Origin: a bacterium
GTDB taxonomy: Bacteria > Zhuqueibacterota > Zhuqueibacteria > Oceanimicrobiales > Oceanimicrobiaceae
Assembly: GCA_046757165.1 (NCBI GenBank)
Contig: JBHHXT010000089.1
Coordinates: 1-18,960 of the forward strand
DNA: 18,960 nt
Direction of reading: 5' to 3'
Shown: positions 8,464 through 17,095 of the stretch, piece by piece
Numbering within the stretch: position 1 is the first letter of the stretch
Layout of the letters: each line of letters begins with the position of its first letter
Notes under the pieces: model-generated
The model's input: the letters and a program-made list of their open reading frames with translations, nothing else
What the model was told of the DNA's origin: nothing
Database searches by the model: none
Position numbers and translations under genes: made by a program

Positions 8464-11400
8464 ATGCAATTTCATGCGGTCACAAAAGTATATGGTGTTT
8501 GTTTGCAGGTGCTGCTTCTGGCGGCGGCGTTTCCTGCGCACCTGGAGGCGCAATTTCGGGTGACGCGCATGACGCCGCGCCAGAATGAGATCGACGTGGC
8601 GGTCACGAGCACGATTACCGTGATCCTTTCCAATGACCTCGATCCGTCGACCCTGGACGAGACAACGTGGCTGGTGCACGGCAGCCAAACAGGTTTTTAC
8701 CAGGGTAGGATTTCCTATGGTGCCGCAACGCGTACCGCGGAGTTCGTACCTGTTTCCCCTTTTCGAGAGGGAGAGGTCGTGTCGGTGATACTGACTGCGC
8801 TGATTCAAAGCGAGACGGGCCGGACGTTGCAGCCCTTTCAGGGCGCGTTCACGGTGACGGTGGAGTACGGAACCGGTATCTTTGATGAGCGCATTGACAT
8901 TCCGTTGGGACAGGATGCAGACAATCCGTTTGAGCGCGATCCATCCGCTATCTATGCCGGCGATTTTGACAATGACACATTCCCGGACCTGGCCGTGGCA
9001 AACAAGACGACAAACACCGTGGCGGTTCTCATGAACCGATTCTTTGAGGCAGGTGGCACGGTGCGGCTGGAGAGCTCGATTCCGGTGGGCAACGGCCCTA
9101 CCTCTATCGCAGGTGCAGATTTCGACCGGGACGGGTTCCTGGACCTGGCGGTGAGCAATTTTGACGAGAATACCATATCAGTTTTGCGCAACTTCAATAG
9201 GGGCAGATTGACAGTTGTGCAAACCATCCCTACGCGCGAACACCCGGTGCAGTTGGAGGCACGCGACTATAACAACGACGGCCAAATGGATTTGGCGGTG
9301 CTCGTGCTGGGGGTGAATCAATTGCAGATTTTTCTCAACCTGGGGGACGGTAGCTTCGGGACGGCGTCCAACACCTATGATACTGGAGCAAGCCCGTATG
9401 GACTGGCCTCAGGGGATTTTGACAACGACGATGATGTCGACCTGGTGGTCACGAATTCAGGCGACAACTCCATCATCGTATACAAGAACGATGGCCGCGC
9501 GAATTTTGCCAACGCAGGCGAGATCCCCGTGCCGGATTTCCCGACAGCGGTCCGGGCGGGCGATTTGAGTGGGCGTTCGGCCGGTGAGTATGGCGATGGG
9601 GTCCTCGACCTGGTACTGGTGCATCCGAATTTCAACGAAGTTTCGGTGTTTGTCAACCAGACCCGGGATGGCGGCTTTGTGCTGCAACAGAGGCACGACG
9701 CCGGGCTGCATCCGACGGATGCCCTGATTGCCGATTTCGATACGACCGACAATACGGCGCTGGCGACCGGGTTTGGCAAAGACCATGATCTCGACTTTGC
9801 TGTCCCAAACCTGTTCTCCAACGACGTGTATGTGTGGCGCAACCAGTTCAACAACGGCTTTCAGCTCAATGAGCAGGATATCTATCCTGCCGGGGAGACA
9901 CCGGTCAGCATCACCGGTGCGGACTTTGACCGCGATGGGGATATTGACCTGGCGCTGACCAATCTGATGGTGCATGGCATTTCAATCTTGCTGAACCAGG
10001 GCGGCAGAGGCGGTGGCCTGCAATTGACGCGGCCGACGGCGGCGTTTGATTTTGGACAGGTTTACGTCGGCACGGATTCGACGCACAGCGTCCGTCTGTA
10101 CAATCCGACGGAAGAGCCGATCGTTATCACGGAGATTTCGACGACCTTGCCGCAGTTTACAGCCGTCCTTTCTCAGACTATCATCGAGCCAGGGCGCTTG
10201 TTCAGTTTTTCGTTGACGTTTTCTCCGACGGATACGGTGGCTTACGAGGATACGTTGCGAGTGCGCAGCACGATCGCCGGCGAGTTAGAAGAGCTGGAAG
10301 TGGCTCTGCGCGGCGAAGGCATTATCGCCATCATCAGCGTCGTGCCAGACACGCTGGATTTCGGTCGCGTGCTGCCACCCCAAACAGCAACCCTGCCGAT
10401 TGAGATTACGAACAGCGGCAATGGCGCGCTCAACATCAGCAGCCTGGAATTTACGGACCCGGTGTTTTCGGCGCCGGTGAACAGTCTGAGCGTGCCAGCA
10501 CACTCGAGCCAGCAGCTCGATATCGCGGTTTCGCCAGCGATGTCGGTTGCTTACCTGGATACGCTTTTGATACACAACAACGACAGCTTGAATTCACCAG
10601 CCTCCGTGATACTGCTTGCCGGACCGAACGCTTTTCCGCCAGAGTTGACCTCAGCCGACACGGTGACGGCCGTGGAGGATGTGTTTTTTACTTACACGGC
10701 GACGGTCAGCGACTCGGATGGCACACAAGCCCAATTTGTGTTCGCAAATTTGCCGAGCTGGCTGCACCCGAGTTCTGCTGATGCCGCGAACAACCAGGTC
10801 GAGGGTACGCCACGGGAGGGAGACCGGGACACGTCTTTTACCGTTATCGCATTGGATGCCGTGTTTTCGGACACGTTGCAGGTGACGGTCCAGGTCTTGC
10901 CCGTGAACGACCCGCCGCAGTTCGACCCGGTGACCGGGTTCACGACCACAGAGCTGACTTTTTTGTCCTTTGATCTCTCAGCATCCGATCCGGAGGATAG
11001 CACGCTATCCTTTGCAGCGCAAGGGTTGCCGGCCGGTGCAGTTCTGACGGACAATGGCGATAACACCGCCACGTTTTCGTGGATTCCGCCGGCCGGTTCC
11101 CGGGGTGTGGTCAATGTGTCGGTGGTTGCAAGCGAGGTCTATGAGGTAGCGCCGCTGAGCGCTACTGTGGTCGTGCGCATCGAGGTGGTGCAGGCCCTGC
11201 CGGATCTGGTGGCGACCTCGCTCAGCGTGCCAACGACAGACATCGCGCAGAATCAGACGCTACCTGTGACGGGCATCGTGCGAGCCGATTTCGCGGCGGT
11301 CGACACCCCTTTCCGGTTGACGTTCTTCCACAACCAGCAGGTTGCACGGGATACGGTGCTGACACGGCTGGGGTACAATGATGAGCTGGCCTTCACCTAT

Positions 11401-11802
11401 CGTGCCCGGTTTGACCGGGCGGGGGACCACCGAATCGTCTTCGAGGTCGATATCGCCGACCAGGTCATCGAGTCAGATGAGGAGAACAACGCCGCCATGC
11501 TGCTCTTGAAGGCACGCAAGGCTCAGGTGGTGGTGCGGCCGAATCCGTTCACCCCAAACAACGATGGCTTCAACGACCGGGCGGTGTTCGATTTCACGGA
11601 CCTGGTTCTGCAGGAACCGGAGCTGAAGATTTTTGATTTTGGTGGGCAGCTTCTGGCGACACTGACCGGAGGGTTTGAGCCCCTGCTGCTCTGGGATGGC
11701 CGGGATAGGCGGGGTCGGGAGCAGAAGCCTGGCGTCTATTTATATGTGCTGTCAGATGGCAGGGAACGCGTGGCAAGTGGGTACCTCGTGTTGGCGAGGT
11801 AG
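8464..11802 (+). CDS. Large secreted/surface protein: Ig-like (Big_5-like) domain, seven FG-GAP repeats, two ASPM-SPD2-Hydin/choice-of-anchor-D-like domains, two cadherin/He_PIG-like domains, a CARDB-like domain and a T9SS type-B-like (CHU_C/FlgD-like) C-terminal domain
   Basis: Signal peptide ends AHLEA|QF. FG-GAP motifs include GDFDNDTFPDL, ADFDRDGFLDL and ADFDRDGDIDL. Other signatures are FDFGQVYVG/LDFGRV, VQVLPVNDPP, ASDPED, PDL...VIESDEENN, and C-terminal PNPFTPNNDGFND...WDGRD...PGVYLY...SGYLVLAR. The start is uncertain (8395, 8452 or 8464); GAGGA precedes 8464. Confidence 0.9.
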   Translation: MQFHAVTKVYGVCLQVLLLAAAFPAHLEAQFRVTRMTPRQNEIDVAVTSTITVILSNDLDPSTLDETTWLVHGSQTGFYQGRISYGAATRTAEFVPVSPFREGEVVSVILTALIQSETGRTLQPFQGAFTVTVEYGTGIFDERIDIPLGQDADNPFERDPSAIYAGDFDNDTFPDLAVANKTTNTVAVLMNRFFEAGGTVRLESSIPVGNGPTSIAGADFDRDGFLDLAVSNFDENTISVLRNFNRGRLTVVQTIPTREHPVQLEARDYNNDGQMDLAVLVLGVNQLQIFLNLGDGSFGTASNTYDTGASPYGLASGDFDNDDDVDLVVTNSGDNSIIVYKNDGRANFANAGEIPVPDFPTAVRAGDLSGRSAGEYGDGVLDLVLVHPNFNEVSVFVNQTRDGGFVLQQRHDAGLHPTDALIADFDTTDNTALATGFGKDHDLDFAVPNLFSNDVYVWRNQFNNGFQLNEQDIYPAGETPVSITGADFDRDGDIDLALTNLMVHGISILLNQGGRGGGLQLTRPTAAFDFGQVYVGTDSTHSVRLYNPTEEPIVITEISTTLPQFTAVLSQTIIEPGRLFSFSLTFSPTDTVAYEDTLRVRSTIAGELEELEVALRGEGIIAIISVVPDTLDFGRVLPPQTATLPIEITNSGNGALNISSLEFTDPVFSAPVNSLSVPAHSSQQLDIAVSPAMSVAYLDTLLIHNNDSLNSPASVILLAGPNAFPPELTSADTVTAVEDVFFTYTATVSDSDGTQAQFVFANLPSWLHPSSADAANNQVEGTPREGDRDTSFTVIALDAVFSDTLQVTVQVLPVNDPPQFDPVTGFTTTELTFLSFDLSASDPEDSTLSFAAQGLPAGAVLTDNGDNTATFSWIPPAGSRGVVNVSVVASEVYEVAPLSATVVVRIEVVQALPDLVATSLSVPTTDIAQNQTLPVTGIVRADFAAVDTPFRLTFFHNQQVARDTVLTRLGYNDELAFTYRARFDRAGDHRIVFEVDIADQVIESDEENNAAMLLLKARKAQVVVRPNPFTPNNDGFNDRAVFDFTDLVLQEPELKIFDFGGQLLATLTGGFEPLLLWDGRDRRGREQKPGVYLYVLSDGRERVASGYLVLAR

Positions 11803-11833
11803 CACAAAGGTTTGTTAAATAAAGGGAATCGCA

Positions 11834-13633
11834 GTGCCGATAAGTAAGCTGTCAGGGAAAATGTGGATTTTGCTGCTGGCGTGGACGTGCGGGTTGATGA
11901 TGGGACGTGCCCGCGAGGCGCGGGGGCAAAATCTGATTGTGGCAAATCCGGCGGAAGTCAGGGATTTTCGGGCGGGGTTTGTGAACCCCGGGGTCATTGC
12001 GTTTCAGGAAGCGCACGCGGCGCTCGGCGGGAAGATTTTTCATCTCGGGTTTGTTGACGGCCAGGGCACTCCCTTTCGGCAAGGGTACGTGAGCCTGGCG
12101 CTGCCGACAGGGATCAGCGATGAGATGGGGCTGGGGTTGCAGGCGCAATACTTCAGCACGCCGCTTTATAGCCAGAGCAACCTGTCGTTTTTGATTTCGC
12201 GGCGGTTGCAGAATAAGTATGCGTTTGGGATTCGTTTCAATCTGTTTTCCCGCTCCTTCAACCAGGAGAATTTTGATCTGGTCGATCCCGATGACCCGGT
12301 CTTCAGGAACGGAACAACACAGTGGGGTGGCACCTTCGGGGCAGGGGTTGTCATCCTACCGCTTCCGTTCCTGAGTCTGGGCATCGGGATCGACCACATC
12401 AATCGCGCCAACATTTCTCTCACCAACGACGACGTTTACCAACCGTTTCGAGCCTACCTTGGTGGCACCGTCGATTTTGGGTCGGTGCAGGCGACCTTCA
12501 GTACATCTTACGGCGAGGGGCGATGGCTGCCGAAGGCGAGTGTGAGCACGACCTTCCGGCATCAGGGCTATGCCATGGTCGGGGTTAGCGAGAACGCGCT
12601 TCAGGCCGAGGGGCAATGGCGGATTTCAGGCCCTCTGAGTCTGAACTACAACTACGAGTACACACTGTTCGACAACCAGGGGGTGGGACAGGGCTCCCAT
12701 GCTGTGACCCTGGTGCACGAGTTTGACCGCAAACCGAGCTTGCCAAAGTTCGAGATTCCCGAGGCCTTTAGAGCGGAGTTTCAGCCTCCCGATCGCGGCA
12801 TGGCCGGGGAGAGCCCGTTCTACGTCTATTCCGTCGTCGATAAGATGGAGATTATCGAAAAGAAACTGACACGGGTCATCGATCCCGGGCTGACGCAGGA
12901 GCAGTTGACGCAGTTGACGTTGCATGAGCTGGGCGTGCTGGATTCGAGCCGGGCCGAGAACGCTTCTCCTTATGAGCAGCAGGCGGTGGATTTGGGACGG
13001 ATTCCGGCGACATTGGAGACCACCTTGTCAGAGGGTTACCAAACGTTTGTCAAAGAGGTGTCTGAGGAAATCAACGAGAGCGGGGCGAGGGCGCGTGTCA
13101 TCACACCCAAAGAGACCTATTTGCGGGCTGCAGGACTGCGGCGGTATTTCAGCGTGGATTCGTTGGATTCGGAGCGCCTGGCGTTTATAGAGCCGGTTTA
13201 TAAGTCACGCCGGGACAGCCTTTACGCGACGCAGAAGGTGGGAGACCGGCCGATCAAGCCGTTCGAATCGCTGGTCACGTTGTCGCCGGCAGTGACGACC
13301 TTTCAGATCACCCCCGTGGCCAGGGTGCATCCGCAGCAGTGGCGGCTGGTGATCAAGGACAATCATGTCCGCGAAGTGTGGCGCTTTGAGGGGGTGGGCC
13401 GGCCCATGTCGGAGATGCAGTGGGACTGGCGGGATGCATGGGGAAAGGTGGTGCAGCCGGGCGTGTACAGCTACGCGCTGGAGTGGGAGGACGAATCGGG
13501 TGAAACCCGGACTACGGAGAAGAAATATATCACTGTGCAAAAGTTGCTCAGGCATATTCGGATTGAAGTTACGAATCAACAAAAAGACACGGGAGTAGAA
13601 GCTGATGAGATCGAGATTATTCTTAAGCGATAG
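11834..13633 (+). CDS. PorP/SprF-like (T9SS) outer-membrane beta-barrel protein with a ~300-aa C-terminal extension ending in an FlgD-Ig-like domain
   Basis: Signal peptide followed by amphipathic beta-strands. PorP/SprF-like motifs are NP near the N-terminus, DPDDP, GIGIDHINR and the terminal strand GSHAVTLVHEF. The C-terminal part reads WRLVIKD...WDWRDAWGKVVQPGVYSY. It lies immediately after a type-B CTD cargo gene. The start may be ATG 11861. Confidence 0.75.
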   Translation: MPISKLSGKMWILLLAWTCGLMMGRAREARGQNLIVANPAEVRDFRAGFVNPGVIAFQEAHAALGGKIFHLGFVDGQGTPFRQGYVSLALPTGISDEMGLGLQAQYFSTPLYSQSNLSFLISRRLQNKYAFGIRFNLFSRSFNQENFDLVDPDDPVFRNGTTQWGGTFGAGVVILPLPFLSLGIGIDHINRANISLTNDDVYQPFRAYLGGTVDFGSVQATFSTSYGEGRWLPKASVSTTFRHQGYAMVGVSENALQAEGQWRISGPLSLNYNYEYTLFDNQGVGQGSHAVTLVHEFDRKPSLPKFEIPEAFRAEFQPPDRGMAGESPFYVYSVVDKMEIIEKKLTRVIDPGLTQEQLTQLTLHELGVLDSSRAENASPYEQQAVDLGRIPATLETTLSEGYQTFVKEVSEEINESGARARVITPKETYLRAAGLRRYFSVDSLDSERLAFIEPVYKSRRDSLYATQKVGDRPIKPFESLVTLSPAVTTFQITPVARVHPQQWRLVIKDNHVREVWRFEGVGRPMSEMQWDWRDAWGKVVQPGVYSYALEWEDESGETRTTEKKYITVQKLLRHIRIEVTNQQKDTGVEADEIEIILKR

Positions 13634-14906
13634 GCCGTTTGTGATCAGGTTTGGAATGCTTGTGATACTCTTTTCTATGGTGATTGGGGGAATGGTCGAA
13701 GATGGATTGGCTCAGCAACCATCTCCGGTGCAGAGCCCGTCGGTCGTGGTGCCGGCGCAGGGCGGTGCCCCGGCCGCAGCAGGGGCGGTGACGAAAATCA
13801 GCGATATCAGAACATTTTGGTCGTTGACGAAGATGGGGGGCGGAATTTCGGTTGCTATCTTCGCGGTGATGGCCATCGGGTTGTTCTTGATCGTCATGCA
13901 GGTGTATGAGCTGGTGATGGACAAAATCAAAGGCCGGCCGTTGCTGGTGACCAATTACCGCCAGATGTCAGTCAGTGATATCAACAAGCTTGTGATGAGC
14001 TATCCCGACAGTATGACCGCCCGGCTCTATTCGGTCCTGCTGTCGATATTCCACACCACCGGCAACACGCGCGATTTCCACGACGAGATCGCCAACTACC
14101 TTCAACTGCAACAGGAACGGTTCAATACCTTCAAGAGCCGGCTCGCTTTTCTGTCTGATACCGCCGGCGCGCTGGGTCTGCTCGGCACCGTTTGGGGAAT
14201 GTTCGTGACCTTTTTCGGCGGCAATCTGGACAGCCAACGGATCTTGAACGGTATGGGGCTGGCGCTGATCACGACGCTCATCGGTCTGGTGGTGAGTATC
14301 ATTCTGAACTTCTGCGCAACCGAGGTGTTCGGCGTATTCAACAAGCGGCTGGAGGTGATTTCCGCCAAGGCGGACGAGTTCAGACTGTGGCTCATGGCCC
14401 TGGTGCAGCAACGCAGCAAGCGGGCGGGAGAAACGGCCGGTGGCAACGGCGGGCATGGGCACCGGGAGCAAAAGGAGCCTCATGGCGCCAACAACCCGGG
14501 CCGACCGAAAGTGCCTTCGTTTCAACTCAAAGCCGTGTCGGATTTTCAGCAGGATGGCACGATTGGCCGGCCGTTGCGGGACCGCGTGACTATCATGGTA
14601 GAGACCGAAAAGGGACAAAAAATTTCCGGCATGCCGATTCGGTATGAAGTCGTCGATGGCGGCGGCACGCTCGAGAACCACAAAACAGCAGCGATCGTGA
14701 AAACCGACCGGCGCGGGATGGTGAGCTTTGGCTGGACGCTGGGCAAGGAGGTCGGGCCGCAGAAGCTCAGGGTGTCGGTGCCGAATTTCGATGACCACGA
14801 GCTGGAGTTTGTCTCGTTTGCGCAGCCCTATATCCCGAATTTAACCGCACAAAAGGTGGATATCCAGACTGGGACCATCAATGTGAAACGAGGCATGGTC
14901 GCCTAG
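13605..14906 (+). CDS. MotA/TolQ/ExbB proton-channel protein with a C-terminal Ig-like (Big_1-like) domain
   Basis: GG-TM1 (MGGGISVAIFAVMAIGLFLIV), TM2 LGLLGTVWGMF and TM3 GMGLALITTLIGLVVSII. N-terminal signal-like segment. The start may be 13641 or 13656. Confidence 0.9.
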   Translation: MRSRLFLSDRPFVIRFGMLVILFSMVIGGMVEDGLAQQPSPVQSPSVVVPAQGGAPAAAGAVTKISDIRTFWSLTKMGGGISVAIFAVMAIGLFLIVMQVYELVMDKIKGRPLLVTNYRQMSVSDINKLVMSYPDSMTARLYSVLLSIFHTTGNTRDFHDEIANYLQLQQERFNTFKSRLAFLSDTAGALGLLGTVWGMFVTFFGGNLDSQRILNGMGLALITTLIGLVVSIILNFCATEVFGVFNKRLEVISAKADEFRLWLMALVQQRSKRAGETAGGNGGHGHREQKEPHGANNPGRPKVPSFQLKAVSDFQQDGTIGRPLRDRVTIMVETEKGQKISGMPIRYEVVDGGGTLENHKTAAIVKTDRRGMVSFGWTLGKEVGPQKLRVSVPNFDDHELEFVSFAQPYIPNLTAQKVDIQTGTINVKRGMVA

Positions 14907-14933
14907 CTCTTAGCCAATCGACTGAGGAAAGAA

Positions 14934-15338
14934 ATGGGTACTGGTGGAACAATGATTCGATTGATCGACCTGGTCTTTATTCTGCTGTTCGGGTTCATCT
15001 CGATCTCGGAAGTCAGCGAGAAGACCAAAGTCGAGCTGCCGAAAAGCACGGAAACGCCGTTGTCAAATCCGGACAGGGAGCAGGTCTGTTTTGTCGGCAT
15101 CGACCGGAGCGGACTCTACCTGGTTGAGAACGAGTCCACGGCGATCTCGGGTGCGCAAGCGCTCTACACTTATTTGCGCAAGAAGGTGCGTGAGGCAGCA
15201 GAAAGGAGAGAGGAGCTGCGCGTGCGCATTCGTTCGAATTGGGACACACCCATCAAGTACACCATGGCGGCAGCGGATATTTGTGACAACCTGGGGATTG
15301 TGAAAGGCATTGATGTGCGGCGGATTTCGGATCGATGA
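14934..15338 (+). CDS. ExbD/TolR family biopolymer transport protein (copy 1)
   Basis: TM segment RLIDLVFILLFGF carries the conserved Asp, followed by VELPKS and a periplasmic alpha/beta domain. GAGGA RBS. Confidence 0.92.
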   Translation: MGTGGTMIRLIDLVFILLFGFISISEVSEKTKVELPKSTETPLSNPDREQVCFVGIDRSGLYLVENESTAISGAQALYTYLRKKVREAAERREELRVRIRSNWDTPIKYTMAAADICDNLGIVKGIDVRRISDR

Positions 15339-15431
15339 TCGATAATCGAGGATCGACAATCTGGGATGCCGATGTGCTGATTCTCGACCTTGTGACTTTC
15401 AATCAACAATCGTCGATCCTCGATTATCGAT
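15338..15431. repeat. Perfect 20-bp inverted repeat built from degenerate 7-bp ATCGA units
   Basis: ATCGATAATCGAGGATCGAC (15338-15357) and GTCGATCCTCGATTATCGAT (15412-15431) match at 20/20 around a 54-bp spacer. Confidence 0.85.
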
Positions 15432-15447
15432 TCAAACCCCGGAGGAC

Positions 15448-15864
15448 ATGTTGAACAAAGGCGGCATTATCATCAGGCTCATCGACGTGGCGATGATTAT
15501 TCTATTTGGGTTCATCGCCATCAGCGATATCAAAGTACGGGCGCAGATAAAATTGCCTTCAGACCGGCAAGAGCAGGTCACGCAGGAGGAAAAAGAGCCG
15601 GTGTTGATTGTGGTGAAAATCGACCTGGAGCAAGGGTTTGTTATTGCGCAAAACGAGGTCGCCCTCTTGACGACAAGGGATGGACGGGAGTTGGAGACAA
15701 CCCTGGCGAACCTGTCCGGACACCATCGCCTGAACGGGCAGGAGATGGTTGTGCTCATCGAGCCGGACGAGGACTCTATGATCCAGCATACGGTTGATGT
15801 TCTGGACATTTGTGAACGCAACAAGATCCCGTTTAATATCAGCTATGCGAGTATGCAGTTTTAG
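15448..15864 (+). CDS. ExbD/TolR family biopolymer transport protein (copy 2)
   Basis: TM segment RLIDVAMIILFGF with Asp, then IKLPS and VVLIEPDEDS..Q..VDVLD. GGAGG RBS. Confidence 0.92.
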   Translation: MLNKGGIIIRLIDVAMIILFGFIAISDIKVRAQIKLPSDRQEQVTQEEKEPVLIVVKIDLEQGFVIAQNEVALLTTRDGRELETTLANLSGHHRLNGQEMVVLIEPDEDSMIQHTVDVLDICERNKIPFNISYASMQF

Positions 15865-15906
15865 GAGCGCATTCTTCAGGCTCAGGGATCAACCCGAACA
15901 AACGAA

Positions 15907-16980
15907 ATGACGACACCTCACCCCATGTACATCGCGCGCATAAGAACCTCAAGCAACGACAAGATCATTGCAGGAATTGTCACGTCGTTTTTGCTGATGG
16001 GCAGCTATCTTACTCTGCAGTGGACGAGCTTGCCAGCTGTGAAACGGAATACGGAGACATACGAGGAAATCAACTGGACGCGGTTCAAGCCGCCGCCGGA
16101 GAAGATCGCGCCCCGGCCTGAGCCGCCAGAGCCCCTCAAAGTGGAAAAACCGATCGAGTTCGAGCCGCCGCCCGCAGCAAAACCAGCGCCCGTGGCCAAG
16201 ATCGATTTGAGCGCACTGAAATCCCAGTTGGCGTCACTGGCGAAGCCGAATCAGAAGCTGAGCCGGAAAAACATCAACAATCAGCGTGCGGCGGGAACGA
16301 AGCAGGAGCCGGCCAGGCTGAACCTCGAGAGGTCGAGTGTGCTTGCAGGACTGAACACGCTGGTGGGAGAATCGAATCAGAAGTTGCGACTGCCGAGTCG
16401 GGGCCGGGGAGGGCACGGCCAGGGCACCACGACTGCCCTTTCCGTCGGGTCTGGCACTTCGGTCAATCCCGGTGGTCAGCCAGATTTCAGCAGCGGCGCA
16501 ACACTTGGGGCGCCGCAGGGCAAGGAGGTCAACACCGGCACCGTGCAGATCGGCATGCTCGATCTCGGGACGATGAGAGGTGAATTCGATGATCTGTCTC
16601 CGATTTATCGGGCCCTGGTGGAGTGGATGCGGAGGCATCCGGCGCAGTTTTCCAAAGTGGTCAACCGGTTTTTGGAGAAGACGCCGGGGGACTTGACGTC
16701 CAAAGTCAGCTTTCAGATGGGCGGACGGCAGTTCGAGATGTTTTTGTTGTGCAAGCCGCAAGTCTTCGAGATTCGCATTTGTTTGCTGGAGGGCAACGAG
16801 TCGACGTATTTGATCGACCGGGGCTTCAAGGAGAATAGCCGGTTTCTGCGGATCGGGTCGGTCAATCGCAGAGACACCGGTGATATCCTTTCTTTCAGCA
16901 CCTCCCGCAAAGCGGCGTCCAACCGCCGGACGACGGCGTTTTATCAGGTCTTTCTGTCGTGGTGGCAGAGTGTGAAGTGA
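15907..16980 (+). CDS. TonB/TolA-like energy-transducer candidate with an atypical C-terminal domain, 357 aa
   Basis: Single N-terminal TM helix (IIAGIVTSFLLMGSYLTL), a Pro/Glu/Lys-rich linker (KPPPEKIAPRPEPPEPLKVEKP..EPPP), a Gly/Ser-rich linker and a ~135-aa globular C-terminal domain. It directly follows exbB-exbD-exbD. Confidence 0.7.
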   Translation: MTTPHPMYIARIRTSSNDKIIAGIVTSFLLMGSYLTLQWTSLPAVKRNTETYEEINWTRFKPPPEKIAPRPEPPEPLKVEKPIEFEPPPAAKPAPVAKIDLSALKSQLASLAKPNQKLSRKNINNQRAAGTKQEPARLNLERSSVLAGLNTLVGESNQKLRLPSRGRGGHGQGTTTALSVGSGTSVNPGGQPDFSSGATLGAPQGKEVNTGTVQIGMLDLGTMRGEFDDLSPIYRALVEWMRRHPAQFSKVVNRFLEKTPGDLTSKVSFQMGGRQFEMFLLCKPQVFEIRICLLEGNESTYLIDRGFKENSRFLRIGSVNRRDTGDILSFSTSRKAASNRRTTAFYQVFLSWWQSVK

Positions 16981-16990
16981 GTTCAGATTC

Positions 16991-17025
16991 TTTCGGGTTT
17001 CGAGTTTCGGATTTCGAATTTCCGG
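16991..17025 (+). repeat. Tandem degenerate heptamer repeat, five copies
   Basis: TTTCGGG TTTCGAG TTTCGGA TTTCGAA TTTCCGG immediately after the stop codon at 16980. Confidence 0.8.
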
Positions 17026-17039
17026 CTTGTCCGGACCAG

Positions 17040-17095
17040 GGTGTTCACGCTTTAGCGTGTTTTCCTCCACCCCAGCAAGCTGAAGCTTGTACACC
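17040..17095. repeat. Inverted doublet of REP-like palindromes
   Basis: GGTGTT-CACGC-TTTA-GCGTG (17040-17059). The reverse complement of 17076-17095 is GGTGTA-CAAGC-TTCA-GCTTG. Confidence 0.7.

Noticed and set aside
14904..14933. exbB TAG stop is in frame with exbD1, with no intervening stop (possible readthrough fusion)
   Set aside because: One-in-three chance, exbD1 has its own GAGGA RBS, and there is no other evidence of recoding in the window.
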